64,000 nt of DNA. It comes from Sedimentisphaerales bacterium (GTDB taxonomy: Bacteria > Planctomycetota > Phycisphaerae > Sedimentisphaerales > SM23-30). The stretch lies in NCBI GenBank assembly GCA_963666285.1, contig OY762711.1, one strand, 5' to 3'. The first letter of the stretch is position 1, and every line of letters starts with the position of its first letter. This document shows positions 20,664 to 30,194 of this stretch, piece by piece. Position numbers and translations under genes: made by a program. The notes under the pieces were generated by a model. That model had not been told where the DNA came from. It saw only the letters and a program-made list of their open reading frames with translations, and did no database searches.

Positions 20664-22838
20664 TTACATGCCCCAATTGTTTGCAATATAAGACAAATCA
20701 TACAAGTTTACAATAAAGTCGTTATTAAATTCGGCTGACTGCCAGCCGGTAGAATTTTGCATGTAGTTCTGGATATAGATCATGAGGTCTTCCATATTAA
20801 CGGCACCGTCAAAATTTATATCACCCATTTTGCATCCCATATGAGTTTCGACCAGTAATTCAAGATCGGCGGTATCAACCATACCTGAATTATCAAGATC
20901 GTATTTAGAGGCAGCAGTACCTATCGCATCGATAAGTAAATTGATATCATCAATATCAAGGTCATTATCGCCGTCGAAATCGTTTATCGCCGCATAACGA
21001 TAGTTCATACTAAAGTTGAAAGAGCCATTCTGCACACCTTGTGAATCACTCTGAATGGTAAGCTGCAGTGTCTTTTCACCGGCAGTATCAGAATTAAGCG
21101 ATAGAGAATGAACTAAAAATTCCTGAGCGTTAACTGTATAGGAACTTTCGACTCCGGCAATAACAGAACTGCCCTGGTCAAATACAGCGGAAGCAGTAAG
21201 TCCATATGACGGATTTTCGGTATATTCGCCCACAGCCATACCAACATATACAGACTGGTTCATGGCAATCTCGGCAATCTTCCAATCGTTCCAGTTTACG
21301 CCATCGGAAGAATACGAGCCGGTAATAAAATTACCGGAACGGGAAATTTTTAGCCAGACAGGAATAACTATCTCAGCGATATTACCATCTAATACCGCAG
21401 AATCGCCGGTTACCTGACGAGTTCGCCATTTAAGTCCGAAATCACGAGACTGATAGAGCCAGGCAAACTTAGAATTATCTTCGAGAGTTTCGCGAATCAT
21501 AAGACCGGCCTCAGCCGCTGGAGAATCACTTTGCAGTTGGGAAAGTCTAAGAGCCAGCTCACCATCATCAGCCAACTCACGATAGACATAGGTAAAGTTA
21601 TCGCTGGAACCAGAGATTTTACCTGAAGCAACAATAGAAACACTGGAAGGTGAATCAGCAAGGTTTACCGAACCATCAACAGGCGGCTGACCGATATCGG
21701 TATAAGACCAGTTACCTGGATCTTCGCCTGTGTTATTGCTCTCGAGGTTTGTCTTTATAGTATAGTCAAGTTCATCATCCAGGCTGTCAGCGGCAGTATT
21801 GCTGACTCTGAAGCTGAAATTATAACCGGGACATACAACCTTGCTATCCGGTAATTGCGACAGAACCGAAACATCCATAACGGCAGGCATCTGATATTCG
21901 GCAACAACCGGGATATGGTCAGAAGCGGTCATAAGAGCGTACAGCACGTTTGGTGCCGCACCACTACCGGTATTGATACTATCATCATAATCATGGGTGC
22001 CGTTATTGCCAAACCCTCTATAGGAATCGGTTATCATGGCAAACCCTTCTTCATCATTTAATTCCTCAGTAATAAACTGAAAATCAAACCGGTCGTCCAT
22101 ACCGCCGCTAATCATACCGTCAATTGAACGGCTTGACGGAGCCTGGGTATGCCAGCGTTTATAATATCTGCCGGACCATCCGCTGGACTCAAGACCAACA
22201 GGATCAAATGCCTGACCGTTTCCACTGGAAAGTAATTCGACAAATGCAGGCTCATCAGTATCATAAATATTAAAATCACCGGCATAGATAATACTGGCAT
22301 CGCCGAGCGAGTCGGCATCTTGTCTAACCAGTTTAATTGCCTCGTAACGTCTTGATTCATTGTCGCCACCGGAACTGGCCTTGAGATGCATTGTATAAAT
22401 ATAAAAGACTGCATCATCTCCGGAATAACCAACCGGCTGGAATTTATATCGAATAACATGCCGATCTACATTATTATCCCTTGGCACCAGGTACTGATCC
22501 AGCATGCGCACGGTATTATAATTGTAGACAGCGCCCATAGTACCACCGCTTCCACTTCCATTTATGGTACTGCGTCGATAGTCACATGATGGATTGAGCC
22601 TGTTTAGTATCTGTCGGACCTGTTCGGTAGTAGACTCCACTGAATCCTGCTCTTCCATGACGATAACATCAAGCGGTCGCTGGATGCCATCAACATTTTC
22701 ATTACACATCGCCTGCAGAACCGTATCAAGTCCGGTACGGATCTCTCCATTTGCTATATTATATGCAGCAATCCTGAGTGCTGCCGGGCATGGTAATGCC
22801 ACAAACAGGATCGCCAGTAATGTAATTCTCAGTTTCAA
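20664..22838 (-). CDS. Secreted endonuclease/exonuclease/phosphatase (EEP) family nuclease with ConA-like domain and dockerin-like repeats
   Basis: AAYNI, MEEQ, HLKAS, AGDFN, DDRFDFQ, SDHIPV; AGLMIRE beta-sandwich; DFDGDND/DINFDGAVN repeats; TTG start. Confidence 0.85.
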   Translation of the reverse strand: MKLRITLLAILFVALPCPAALRIAAYNIANGEIRTGLDTVLQAMCNENVDGIQRPLDVIVMEEQDSVESTTEQVRQILNRLNPSCDYRRSTINGSGSGGTMGAVYNYNTVRMLDQYLVPRDNNVDRHVIRYKFQPVGYSGDDAVFYIYTMHLKASSGGDNESRRYEAIKLVRQDADSLGDASIIYAGDFNIYDTDEPAFVELLSSGNGQAFDPVGLESSGWSGRYYKRWHTQAPSSRSIDGMISGGMDDRFDFQFITEELNDEEGFAMITDSYRGFGNNGTHDYDDSINTGSGAAPNVLYALMTASDHIPVVAEYQMPAVMDVSVLSQLPDSKVVCPGYNFSFRVSNTAADSLDDELDYTIKTNLESNNTGEDPGNWSYTDIGQPPVDGSVNLADSPSSVSIVASGKISGSSDNFTYVYRELADDGELALRLSQLQSDSPAAEAGLMIRETLEDNSKFAWLYQSRDFGLKWRTRQVTGDSAVLDGNIAEIVIPVWLKISRSGNFITGSYSSDGVNWNDWKIAEIAMNQSVYVGMAVGEYTENPSYGLTASAVFDQGSSVIAGVESSYTVNAQEFLVHSLSLNSDTAGEKTLQLTIQSDSQGVQNGSFNFSMNYRYAAINDFDGDNDLDIDDINLLIDAIGTAASKYDLDNSGMVDTADLELLVETHMGCKMGDINFDGAVNMEDLMIYIQNYMQNSTGWQSAEFNNDFIVNLYDLSYIANNWGM

Positions 22839-22871
22839 TTCTCTTCCTTCGCTGACGTAAAAATTTTTTTC

Positions 22872-23876
22872 TTATCTAATTCTAAAATTACTCTTTGCCT
22901 GAACCATAGGGTCTTTGGTGCTGTTACCATTAACAATAGTCGAACCTTTAGGCCAGTATCTATGAACATCCAACGATTCTTCAAAGGTACTGCTCTCGGC
23001 ATGACCGTCAAAATAAGTCAGATTCATCCTGTTGTTGCTATGTCTGAAAGCATATTTCTCTGTTCCTTCTTGCAGGGTTGCCTCCCAAACACCGGTACCG
23101 ACAGCCTGAACATCAATACGGAATGGATCACCGCCGCTGCTGGAAACAATCGGAGTGGCAGGACCATACATAGCATAATTACCGCCATCATTCTGGAAAT
23201 TTATTGCATTTAGAGATATACGCATATCAGCAGTACTCAGATACCTGCTGCCTTCCATCATAAAGACCTTTTCAGAAGGGCGCCCAACCTTATTAATTTT
23301 CGGAGCATAGTTGTCAGGCACCATACCATTTCCATATTCACTGTCAGTAACATATGGGCTGCCCTTAGAACTATTGGCACTATAAGTCAGAAAAGCCAGT
23401 GACGCACTATAGCTCACCTGTTTTACTGCCTGAACATCAGGAATCAAGGTCCCACCATATTCATAATCATAATATTCTCTGTTAGAAGGACAGCTGAAAT
23501 CGTGATTAGATAATTGGATAAATCTGTCTACGCGATTTTCGGGGAGAGATAGCATTCTTCCCATAAGAGGCGACATCCAGTCCATATTTTGAACTGGTGC
23601 CCTGGAAGAAGAATCCACGCTGGACAAATCTCCCCCTCCAATTTTCAATCCGCTGGTATTGGGGCCAGGGAGCCAATCTTCATTTTCACTGGTATACATC
23701 TGAAGAGCAGTTCCTGCCTGCTTGCAATTGCTCAGACATACAGTCATGCGTGCCATTTCCTTGGCCTTACCCAAAGCAGGCATGAGAATCGACACCAGTA
23801 ATGCGATAATGGAAATAACGACAAGAAGTTCAATAAGTGTAAATGCATGTTTACGTCGGATTTGTGCTTGTTTCAT
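22872..23876 (-). CDS. Prepilin-type N-terminal cleavage/methylation protein (DUF1559-like, H-X9-DG C-terminal motif)
   Basis: [26 protein letters not shown]+..[19 protein letters not shown]. Confidence 0.9.
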   Translation of the reverse strand: MKQAQIRRKHAFTLIELLVVISIIALLVSILMPALGKAKEMARMTVCLSNCKQAGTALQMYTSENEDWLPGPNTSGLKIGGGDLSSVDSSSRAPVQNMDWMSPLMGRMLSLPENRVDRFIQLSNHDFSCPSNREYYDYEYGGTLIPDVQAVKQVSYSASLAFLTYSANSSKGSPYVTDSEYGNGMVPDNYAPKINKVGRPSEKVFMMEGSRYLSTADMRISLNAINFQNDGGNYAMYGPATPIVSSSGGDPFRIDVQAVGTGVWEATLQEGTEKYAFRHSNNRMNLTYFDGHAESSTFEESLDVHRYWPKGSTIVNGNSTKDPMVQAKSNFRIR

Positions 23877-23888
23877 ATCTTTCTACCT

Positions 23889-24200
23889 GGTTGTTGCGGA
23901 TAGCTCAAGTATGAGTGTGGAGGCAAAACCTCACTTGATATGCGCAGGGAGTCCAACCCTGCACGGCTATGCTTTTAGCTCTCAATATCATATTACTGCA
24001 ATATGGCCCAAAGGCCTTCGGTAGAGACTACTCACCAGACTGAATCCCCATTCAGCGTAATCTCTACAAAACAAAAAACTTTCGTTATCAATGCCGCACT
24101 CACCTGGCAAAACAACGATTATTGTCATATCTCTTATTGCATACCAAGTCGAATAATCGACTTGTACGGCCACTAAAAGGCCTCTATAACGCAATCCACC
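23889..24200 (-). ncRNA. Candidate large structured RNA (multi-branch, possible pseudoknot)
   Basis: Closing helix plus about 8 internal stems; G-U wobbles in five stems work only on the minus strand; see findings. Confidence 0.65.
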
Positions 24201-24237
24201 TTTTCTTTGTAATTCTCTTTTCTTCTATTATGCTATT

Positions 24238-24276
24238 AAAACTGTGTGCGGCACGCCTTAAACGCACCACACACAA
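24238..24276 (-). terminator. Hairpin/terminator after PEP-CTERM gene
   Basis: UGUGUGUGGUGCGU-UUAAG-GCGUGCCGCACACA-GUUUUA. Confidence 0.65.
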
Positions 24277-24298
24277 TTTATATTCTTCTCAAAAATTA

Positions 24299-24910
24299 CT
24301 ACTTTCTTCTGCGAATCAGAGCCAGTGCACCAGCAGCAATCAATGACATTGTTGCAGGTTCAGGAACAGGTACACTAATAGTAGCATGATCTGGAGCTGT
24401 AATAGTCATGTCATCCACCCAGACTGTATCGCCAAGATCTGAATATGTACGAGCTTCAATTACCAAACCAGTTGCTTCCGGATCTGTGGGAGCATAATTC
24501 CATGTCCACTCAAGATAAGTCCAACCTGGACCATCTGAGTATGCACCATTACCACTAGCTGAACCGGCATATGCATCAATATCATTCAATTCATTGTAGT
24601 GAGCCCAGATACGGCCCTTTGGATCTTCATTTTCAGGAGTAGTATCATAGGCCCAGAAACCTACAGTTACCTGATCACCAACCTGAAGGCCTTCGATCCA
24701 TGCAACATAAGCCTGAGGTGTGCTAATACCACCATCAACAAGCTTAAGAGAAGCACTGCCGCTGTGAACATACTCAGAATCATTTGTAGCTGTAACAGGG
24801 TTATAGTTGCTCAGAATAGTACCACCATCTTCCCAGCCATAAGTAATAACTGCCGCATTCGCTGCAACTGCCATAGCTGCTACCATCATAATTGCAAAGA
24901 ATTTCTTCAT
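24299..24910 (-). CDS. PEP-CTERM surface protein with one YGWED beta-sandwich domain
   Basis: MKKFFA signal peptide after GGAG; C-terminal VPEPATMSLIAAGALALIRRRK. Confidence 0.9.
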   Translation of the reverse strand: MKKFFAIMMVAAMAVAANAAVITYGWEDGGTILSNYNPVTATNDSEYVHSGSASLKLVDGGISTPQAYVAWIEGLQVGDQVTVGFWAYDTTPENEDPKGRIWAHYNELNDIDAYAGSASGNGAYSDGPGWTYLEWTWNYAPTDPEATGLVIEARTYSDLGDTVWVDDMTITAPDHATISVPVPEPATMSLIAAGALALIRRRK

Positions 24911-25090
24911 TTTCGTTTTCTCCATTTTTTCATAAGTAATAATTTACTATATTCCAAGTGCCCTCTGCACTCTTTCTCACATTCATAAGTTGGGCAATTC
25001 AACAATAAGTTTTAAGTATTATATACTTAGAACTGTTAGCTTATTATTAAAGGTAAGCGAATAATGAAATTGCTCATCATTATATCTGTT

Positions 25091-25984
25091 CTAAAACTGC
25101 CTTTTATGCCAGCCAGGCAGTTCAACCTCTTTCGATGCCTCCCAGGCATAAAGGTAAAGTCCGGACGTCAGGCTCACGCCTCGTGAAAACATATTTCTGG
25201 CAGCATCCAGAACTTTATCATCTTCTATTGTTTGTTCTTCAAGCTGAGGAATCCCATTGTATAGACTGTATACATAAGGCACCTCTTCATTGCTTGCTTT
25301 GATAAATTCAAATACTGTCGGCAAGATCATACCGGGTATTTGAACAATTTTGATACTTGCAGGATCAGGTAATTTATCCTGTGGTATCTTTTCAATCAGG
25401 GCATCCAGCTTTAAGTGGATACCTTTCATTTCCTTGGCATCACTGCCATCCTTTATCAGGCCGTCATAATACTTCGTCGCATGCAGCGGCATCGCCGCAT
25501 CGCCGCAATAATGAGCCAGGATGCCGGCATAAACCAGGCATTTTGACTGTATATATTTATTATCAGGCCATTTGCGATATTCGGCAAAGGCAATAATTAA
25601 TCTTTGGGTATACTCTGTGAGAGAATAGGGAAGAGTCCCTACTTTGCCGGGCTTCAAGTCATGCTTAAAGCACCATTCGGCAAATTCATAGCGATCAAGC
25701 GGCAATTCATCGTCGGTGAAATATTCGAGGTCAAAGAAATGATCAGGATACTCAGCTCTTCGCAAAGCCTGGTCATTGAGCTTTTCCTTAAATATATCAG
25801 GGTCGATGGAACTGTGAGTCGCTTGTTGAATATTATTGGTAAAAAAAGAAGGTACCTTGCCTTGAATGACTTTTCCAGTCATAACAACAATTGATTCATG
25901 GCCGGCATTATGCCATCCCCCAAAAATAAATATACCACAAATCAAAACGGCAGCGCATCCGATGCGCACAAGTACATTTCTCAT
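25091..25984 (-). CDS. S1/P1 nuclease / Zn-dependent phospholipase C superfamily protein, secreted
   Basis: Mature N-terminus W-x3-GH (WHNAGH), DPD, HFFDLE, HYCGDAAMPLH, GIHLKLD. Confidence 0.8.
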   Translation of the reverse strand: MRNVLVRIGCAAVLICGIFIFGGWHNAGHESIVVMTGKVIQGKVPSFFTNNIQQATHSSIDPDIFKEKLNDQALRRAEYPDHFFDLEYFTDDELPLDRYEFAEWCFKHDLKPGKVGTLPYSLTEYTQRLIIAFAEYRKWPDNKYIQSKCLVYAGILAHYCGDAAMPLHATKYYDGLIKDGSDAKEMKGIHLKLDALIEKIPQDKLPDPASIKIVQIPGMILPTVFEFIKASNEEVPYVYSLYNGIPQLEEQTIEDDKVLDAARNMFSRGVSLTSGLYLYAWEASKEVELPGWHKRQF

Positions 25985-26285
25985 TCGGATCTCCAAATAC
26001 TATTCAATTGTCTATTTCACTCACAAAGTCCTTCTGGCAACCATTATATAGAGTTATAGTTTTAAAATCATTAAGATTATGTTATTTTTTAAAACATTGG
26101 CAAAAAGAATAGCTCGTATTTTTTTTCGTTTTATAATTCTTTTCTATATAGATATTTGCGATTTTAACAAAATTGTAATTTTGTATTTTTTTTCAAATAA
26201 TAAACTTTTTTTGCCTCTGCTTAGAAATACAAATTAACAAAATACTATAATAAATTAGAAAAACAATAGACATAAAGGAGATAAA

Positions 26286-26876
26286 ATGACTGCAATACAG
26301 AATAATAGAATAGCACAAAATAACGTTTCAAATATATTTACAAACAGGTGGTCGCCCAGGGCTTTTTCATCTGAACCTATTGAAAAAGAAAAAGTTATGT
26401 CTCTTTTTGAAGCCGCCAGATGGGCCCCTTCTTGTTATAACGATCAACCATGGATGTTTGTGTATGCAGACAATAAAGAAGACCTTAAGCCTTTCCAGGA
26501 ATTGCTGGTACCACAAAATCAGGCATGGGCCAACAAGGCTCCTGTTCTTGCGGTAATATTTGCGAGAAAAAGGTTTATGTTCAATAACAAGGAGAATATG
26601 TGGGCTGAATTTGATGCCGGAGCAGCTTGGATGTCTCTGGCCTTGCAAGCAAGAGAGATGAACTTATACGCACACGGAATGGCAGGTTTTGACCGGGAAA
26701 ATACATGCAAAATCCTGGGAGTGCCAGAAGATGATTATACACCTATTGCCGCTATCGCAATAGGATACATAGGTGACAAAAATGACCTTCCGGAACAAGC
26801 AGCAGAAAATGAGCATCCAAATGAGAGAAGAGAAACCGCGTCGTTTGTCCATAAAGGGAAATATCAAGCAAAGTAG
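26286..26876 (+). CDS. Nitroreductase family protein
   Basis: RWSPRAF, AARWAPSCYNDQPW, DAGAAW, HGMAGFD. Confidence 0.92.
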   Translation: MTAIQNNRIAQNNVSNIFTNRWSPRAFSSEPIEKEKVMSLFEAARWAPSCYNDQPWMFVYADNKEDLKPFQELLVPQNQAWANKAPVLAVIFARKRFMFNNKENMWAEFDAGAAWMSLALQAREMNLYAHGMAGFDRENTCKILGVPEDDYTPIAAIAIGYIGDKNDLPEQAAENEHPNERRETASFVHKGKYQAK

Positions 26877-26965
26877 ACGCCAGGTCCGATCCATAAGTTC
26901 CTGACTATATCATAACCAAGTATAAATCAATAACCAGCTATATTCCCTAATCGGAATAATTTGGC

Positions 26966-28957
26966 TTAGTTACCACTTATACTGCTATCACTTGAATCTT
27001 TTGTGGTGCCGGAACCTTTAACTTCAAAGGAATACCTTGCGGCAAGTGCTCTTTTGTTAGCTATCTTGTCTTCGACCGAAATTACGATCTGGTATTTACC
27101 TGGTTTAAGAGTCGGAACTTTGAATGGCCCCCTGAGAAAGAAATCTTTTCGCTTATTCAGTGAAGGTGTATCTCGTACGTCTTCGCTTATCTGCTCCAGG
27201 ATATTTAGACTGGCATCATAGAGAGTTATTTCAGCATGAAGAAGAGTGAAATATTTGTCATCTTCGTTTTTCTGGTATTTGTAGTTTTCCAACTCGCAAT
27301 ACACAACCACTTCACGCGATCTGCCGCTTTCTAAAGCATTATCAGCAATAACCTGATAACGGCCAAAATCTTCAACGGTATTGCATATTTTGAAATTACT
27401 GATTTTTAAATCTGCCTGATCGGCTATCTTATCTTCAAGGATTTTTACTGCACTGAGAGCATTATTGGCAAACATCGGATCGTTTGACTCATGGGCCTTA
27501 ACACCAAGAATTGCCGCCCGCGCCAATGCCATCGAATCCTTTTGCTTCTCAAGCGGAACCATTGCCAACTCCTGCAAAGCCTTGTCGTGTTCGCCATGAG
27601 CAGCATAAGCATAACGCAACGCCATCTGCAATTCCAGATTTCCTGGCTCTTTTTTCAGCAATTGCTCCAGGTTAAAAATAAGTTCCTGTGTATTACCTAC
27701 CACATTCGCCGGATTCATATAACGATTATACTCAGCAACCGCAGGCAAAGTTTTTGTATCGCTTTGACCGGAACCAACATCAATTCTGCCGACATTAAGA
27801 GCAGGTTGTGAGTTCCTGTCAGTTTTTTCAGAGACAGTTGAGAGAAACGGTTGAGAGTTTATATCTTTTTTGGCTGTGTACTGAGGCAGTTCACTTTCGA
27901 CTTTATACCCTTCAATCCTTGGAGTGGCATAGCCATTGCCGTAAGTATCTATCTTATTTTCTTTATTATAATCCTGTACCTGGTTATTCCTCATCGACGA
28001 GACATTACTGTCAAGAGCCAGAGGCGACGACTTGCTTTCACTTACAGGAGTCTGTTGAATACCAGACTGCAAAGATGCATCTTGCTGTTTATCATAATAT
28101 ATACCGGTTATCTCAGCCGGCTGCAAAAGATTGCGACTTGACAAATTGCCGGAATTATTGCTGCGATACATATCAGATTGAACTGACCCCTGATAATTTC
28201 TACTCAGATTCTGCGAGATCAGAGGCTGTTGAGCAGATGCAGCATGGTAACTCCTGTTCCCAGGATAAGAGTCATTTGCGGACTGCTGTGATGTGTTAGA
28301 ATTTAACTGTCGCCAGTTATTATTACTATTATTTTGATTATTCTGCTGATTACCATAACCGGTAAACTGCCCGGCATTATCGGTCTGCGTAAGCGGCACA
28401 TTATTTTGCAATTGGTTTCTATTATTCAAATTATTTGCCGCTGCATTAGTATTATACTGATTATTATATGCCGATGCGTTCTTTGCCGCCGCAGAGCTAT
28501 TGTTATTTACAACAGGATTGCTTGTATTTTCATATGAAGCGGCGGAGTTAGATTCCGCAGTCGAGGGCAAAATATATGTAACAAAACCATCTCTATCAGC
28601 CTCTGAATTATCTGGCTCAAATACCTGGATGGTTTTACCATCAGAAGCAGAAGGCTGTATCATTGAATCATTGCGCACAGCATTTGCAGAATTCTTACCT
28701 GAAGGTTTCTGACCCATGCGAGAATTGAAATTCCAGTCGTTTAGCTGGCTATACCCGTTGTCCGCCCCACGGCCATATCGATTGTTTTCTCCGATATTAT
28801 CATTCGACATGACCGACATTTTATTCGCTGCCGGGCCGTTATTATAATCATAACTGCTCGGTGAGCTGGGGCTGCAACCTCCGGAAAACAGTGCCAATGT
28901 TGTAGAAAGAGCTGCCGAAAACAGCATACCTCGGCCAACATTATTCAAGTTTGCCAT
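26966..28957 (-). CDS. Hypothetical lipoprotein: long N/Q/S-rich disordered region, TPR-like helices, C-terminal beta domain
   Basis: Lipobox-like LFSGGC; ATG 28957 preceded by GGAGG (ORF extends to 29026). Confidence 0.65.
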   Translation of the reverse strand: MANLNNVGRGMLFSAALSTTLALFSGGCSPSSPSSYDYNNGPAANKMSVMSNDNIGENNRYGRGADNGYSQLNDWNFNSRMGQKPSGKNSANAVRNDSMIQPSASDGKTIQVFEPDNSEADRDGFVTYILPSTAESNSAASYENTSNPVVNNNSSAAAKNASAYNNQYNTNAAANNLNNRNQLQNNVPLTQTDNAGQFTGYGNQQNNQNNSNNNWRQLNSNTSQQSANDSYPGNRSYHAASAQQPLISQNLSRNYQGSVQSDMYRSNNSGNLSSRNLLQPAEITGIYYDKQQDASLQSGIQQTPVSESKSSPLALDSNVSSMRNNQVQDYNKENKIDTYGNGYATPRIEGYKVESELPQYTAKKDINSQPFLSTVSEKTDRNSQPALNVGRIDVGSGQSDTKTLPAVAEYNRYMNPANVVGNTQELIFNLEQLLKKEPGNLELQMALRYAYAAHGEHDKALQELAMVPLEKQKDSMALARAAILGVKAHESNDPMFANNALSAVKILEDKIADQADLKISNFKICNTVEDFGRYQVIADNALESGRSREVVVYCELENYKYQKNEDDKYFTLLHAEITLYDASLNILEQISEDVRDTPSLNKRKDFFLRGPFKVPTLKPGKYQIVISVEDKIANKRALAARYSFEVKGSGTTKDSSDSSISGN

Positions 28958-29199
28958 TTTGGCCTCCGTGCAAATTGACCAGATAGACATTTCCGCCATA
29001 CCTGATCCATCAATATAACAATCCATTGTTCTTGACGTCGAAACTCAGCACATACAGAGCTCAGCCTCTTTCCAATCAAAGTGGGCTAATTACTAAACTA
29101 TTATTACAAGTTCCGATAACTAGGTTTCCACATAGCCTATTTTAACCCAGTTTATTGATAATTCAAATATATTTTGCCAAAAAAAGTAAAGAAATAAAC

Positions 29200-30090
29200 T
29201 CAAACCAGTTCAGATAAAGTATTTTCCAGGCAAGAATTGTGAAATTCAAAACCGGCATCCAGCAGCCGTTTCGGGTAAGCCCGGCATGAAGAAAGCAAAA
29301 CCTCCTGTGCCATCTGACCAAATGCAAGCTTCAGAACAAAAGCGGGAACAGGTAAAAACGCCGATCTTTTATATGCTTTTGACAACACCCCGGTAAATTC
29401 TGAGTTCGTAACCGGATTGGGACTGCCGGCATTGACGGGCCCGCTAATATCATTATCCAGCACAAAAATAATTGCCCTGACCAGGTCATACAGCGATATC
29501 CAAGACATCCACTGTTTACCTGAGCCTAATCTGCCGCCAAGACCAAGCTTGAATATAGGTGCCATCATGGCCATCGCCCCGCCGCCATTGCCAAGTACCA
29601 TAGCAATACGTAAATTAGCCACCCGAATACCAGCCTCTGAGGCAGAAACTGCTGCACATTCCCAATCACGGCATACTTCAGCCAAAAAACTTCTTCCTGA
29701 TGGCGTAGATTCAGAAACAAAATTGTTGCCGGAATTACCATAAACCCCTATAGCAGATGCAGTTATAAACAACTTTGGTTTAGTGTGCACACTTGAAATA
29801 ACCTTTGACAGAAACTCAGTCGATTTAACCCTGCTATTATAAATCTCACGTTTCTTTGATGCCGACCATCTTCCCAGGATGTTTTCCCCGGCCAGATGAA
29901 TGACTGCATCTATTCCTTCCAGATTATGCAAATCAATATATTCTGACCGGTAATCCCAGTATATCTCCTCCTGCGATAGAGACTTACTGTTATTCCGTAC
30001 CAGCCGAATAACAGTGTCACCTCTGACTGTTAACTCTCGGCATAGTGACGTACCAACAAAACCTTTTGCACCTGTGACTAGTATCAGCAA
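29200..30090 (-). CDS. TIGR01777-type NAD-dependent epimerase/oxidoreductase
   Basis: VTGAKGFVG, HLAGENI..RW, SAIGVYG, GGRLGSGKQWMSWI, P.RL..AGFEF. Confidence 0.9.
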   Translation of the reverse strand: MLILVTGAKGFVGTSLCRELTVRGDTVIRLVRNNSKSLSQEEIYWDYRSEYIDLHNLEGIDAVIHLAGENILGRWSASKKREIYNSRVKSTEFLSKVISSVHTKPKLFITASAIGVYGNSGNNFVSESTPSGRSFLAEVCRDWECAAVSASEAGIRVANLRIAMVLGNGGGAMAMMAPIFKLGLGGRLGSGKQWMSWISLYDLVRAIIFVLDNDISGPVNAGSPNPVTNSEFTGVLSKAYKRSAFLPVPAFVLKLAFGQMAQEVLLSSCRAYPKRLLDAGFEFHNSCLENTLSELV

Positions 30091-30194
30091 TCTTATTTAC
30101 CTCCAGTATATAATATCAAACACAAAAGTATACACCAGAACAAGCTTAAAAGTATAGCCAGGTATTATAATCAGGATAAAATAAGCCATATGCA

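Noticed and set aside
23988..24194. 68-aa minus-strand ORF across the PEP-CTERM/pseudopilin spacer
   Set aside because: TTG start, no recognisable motif; the dense strand-specific helices favour a noncoding RNA, though a peptide is not excluded.
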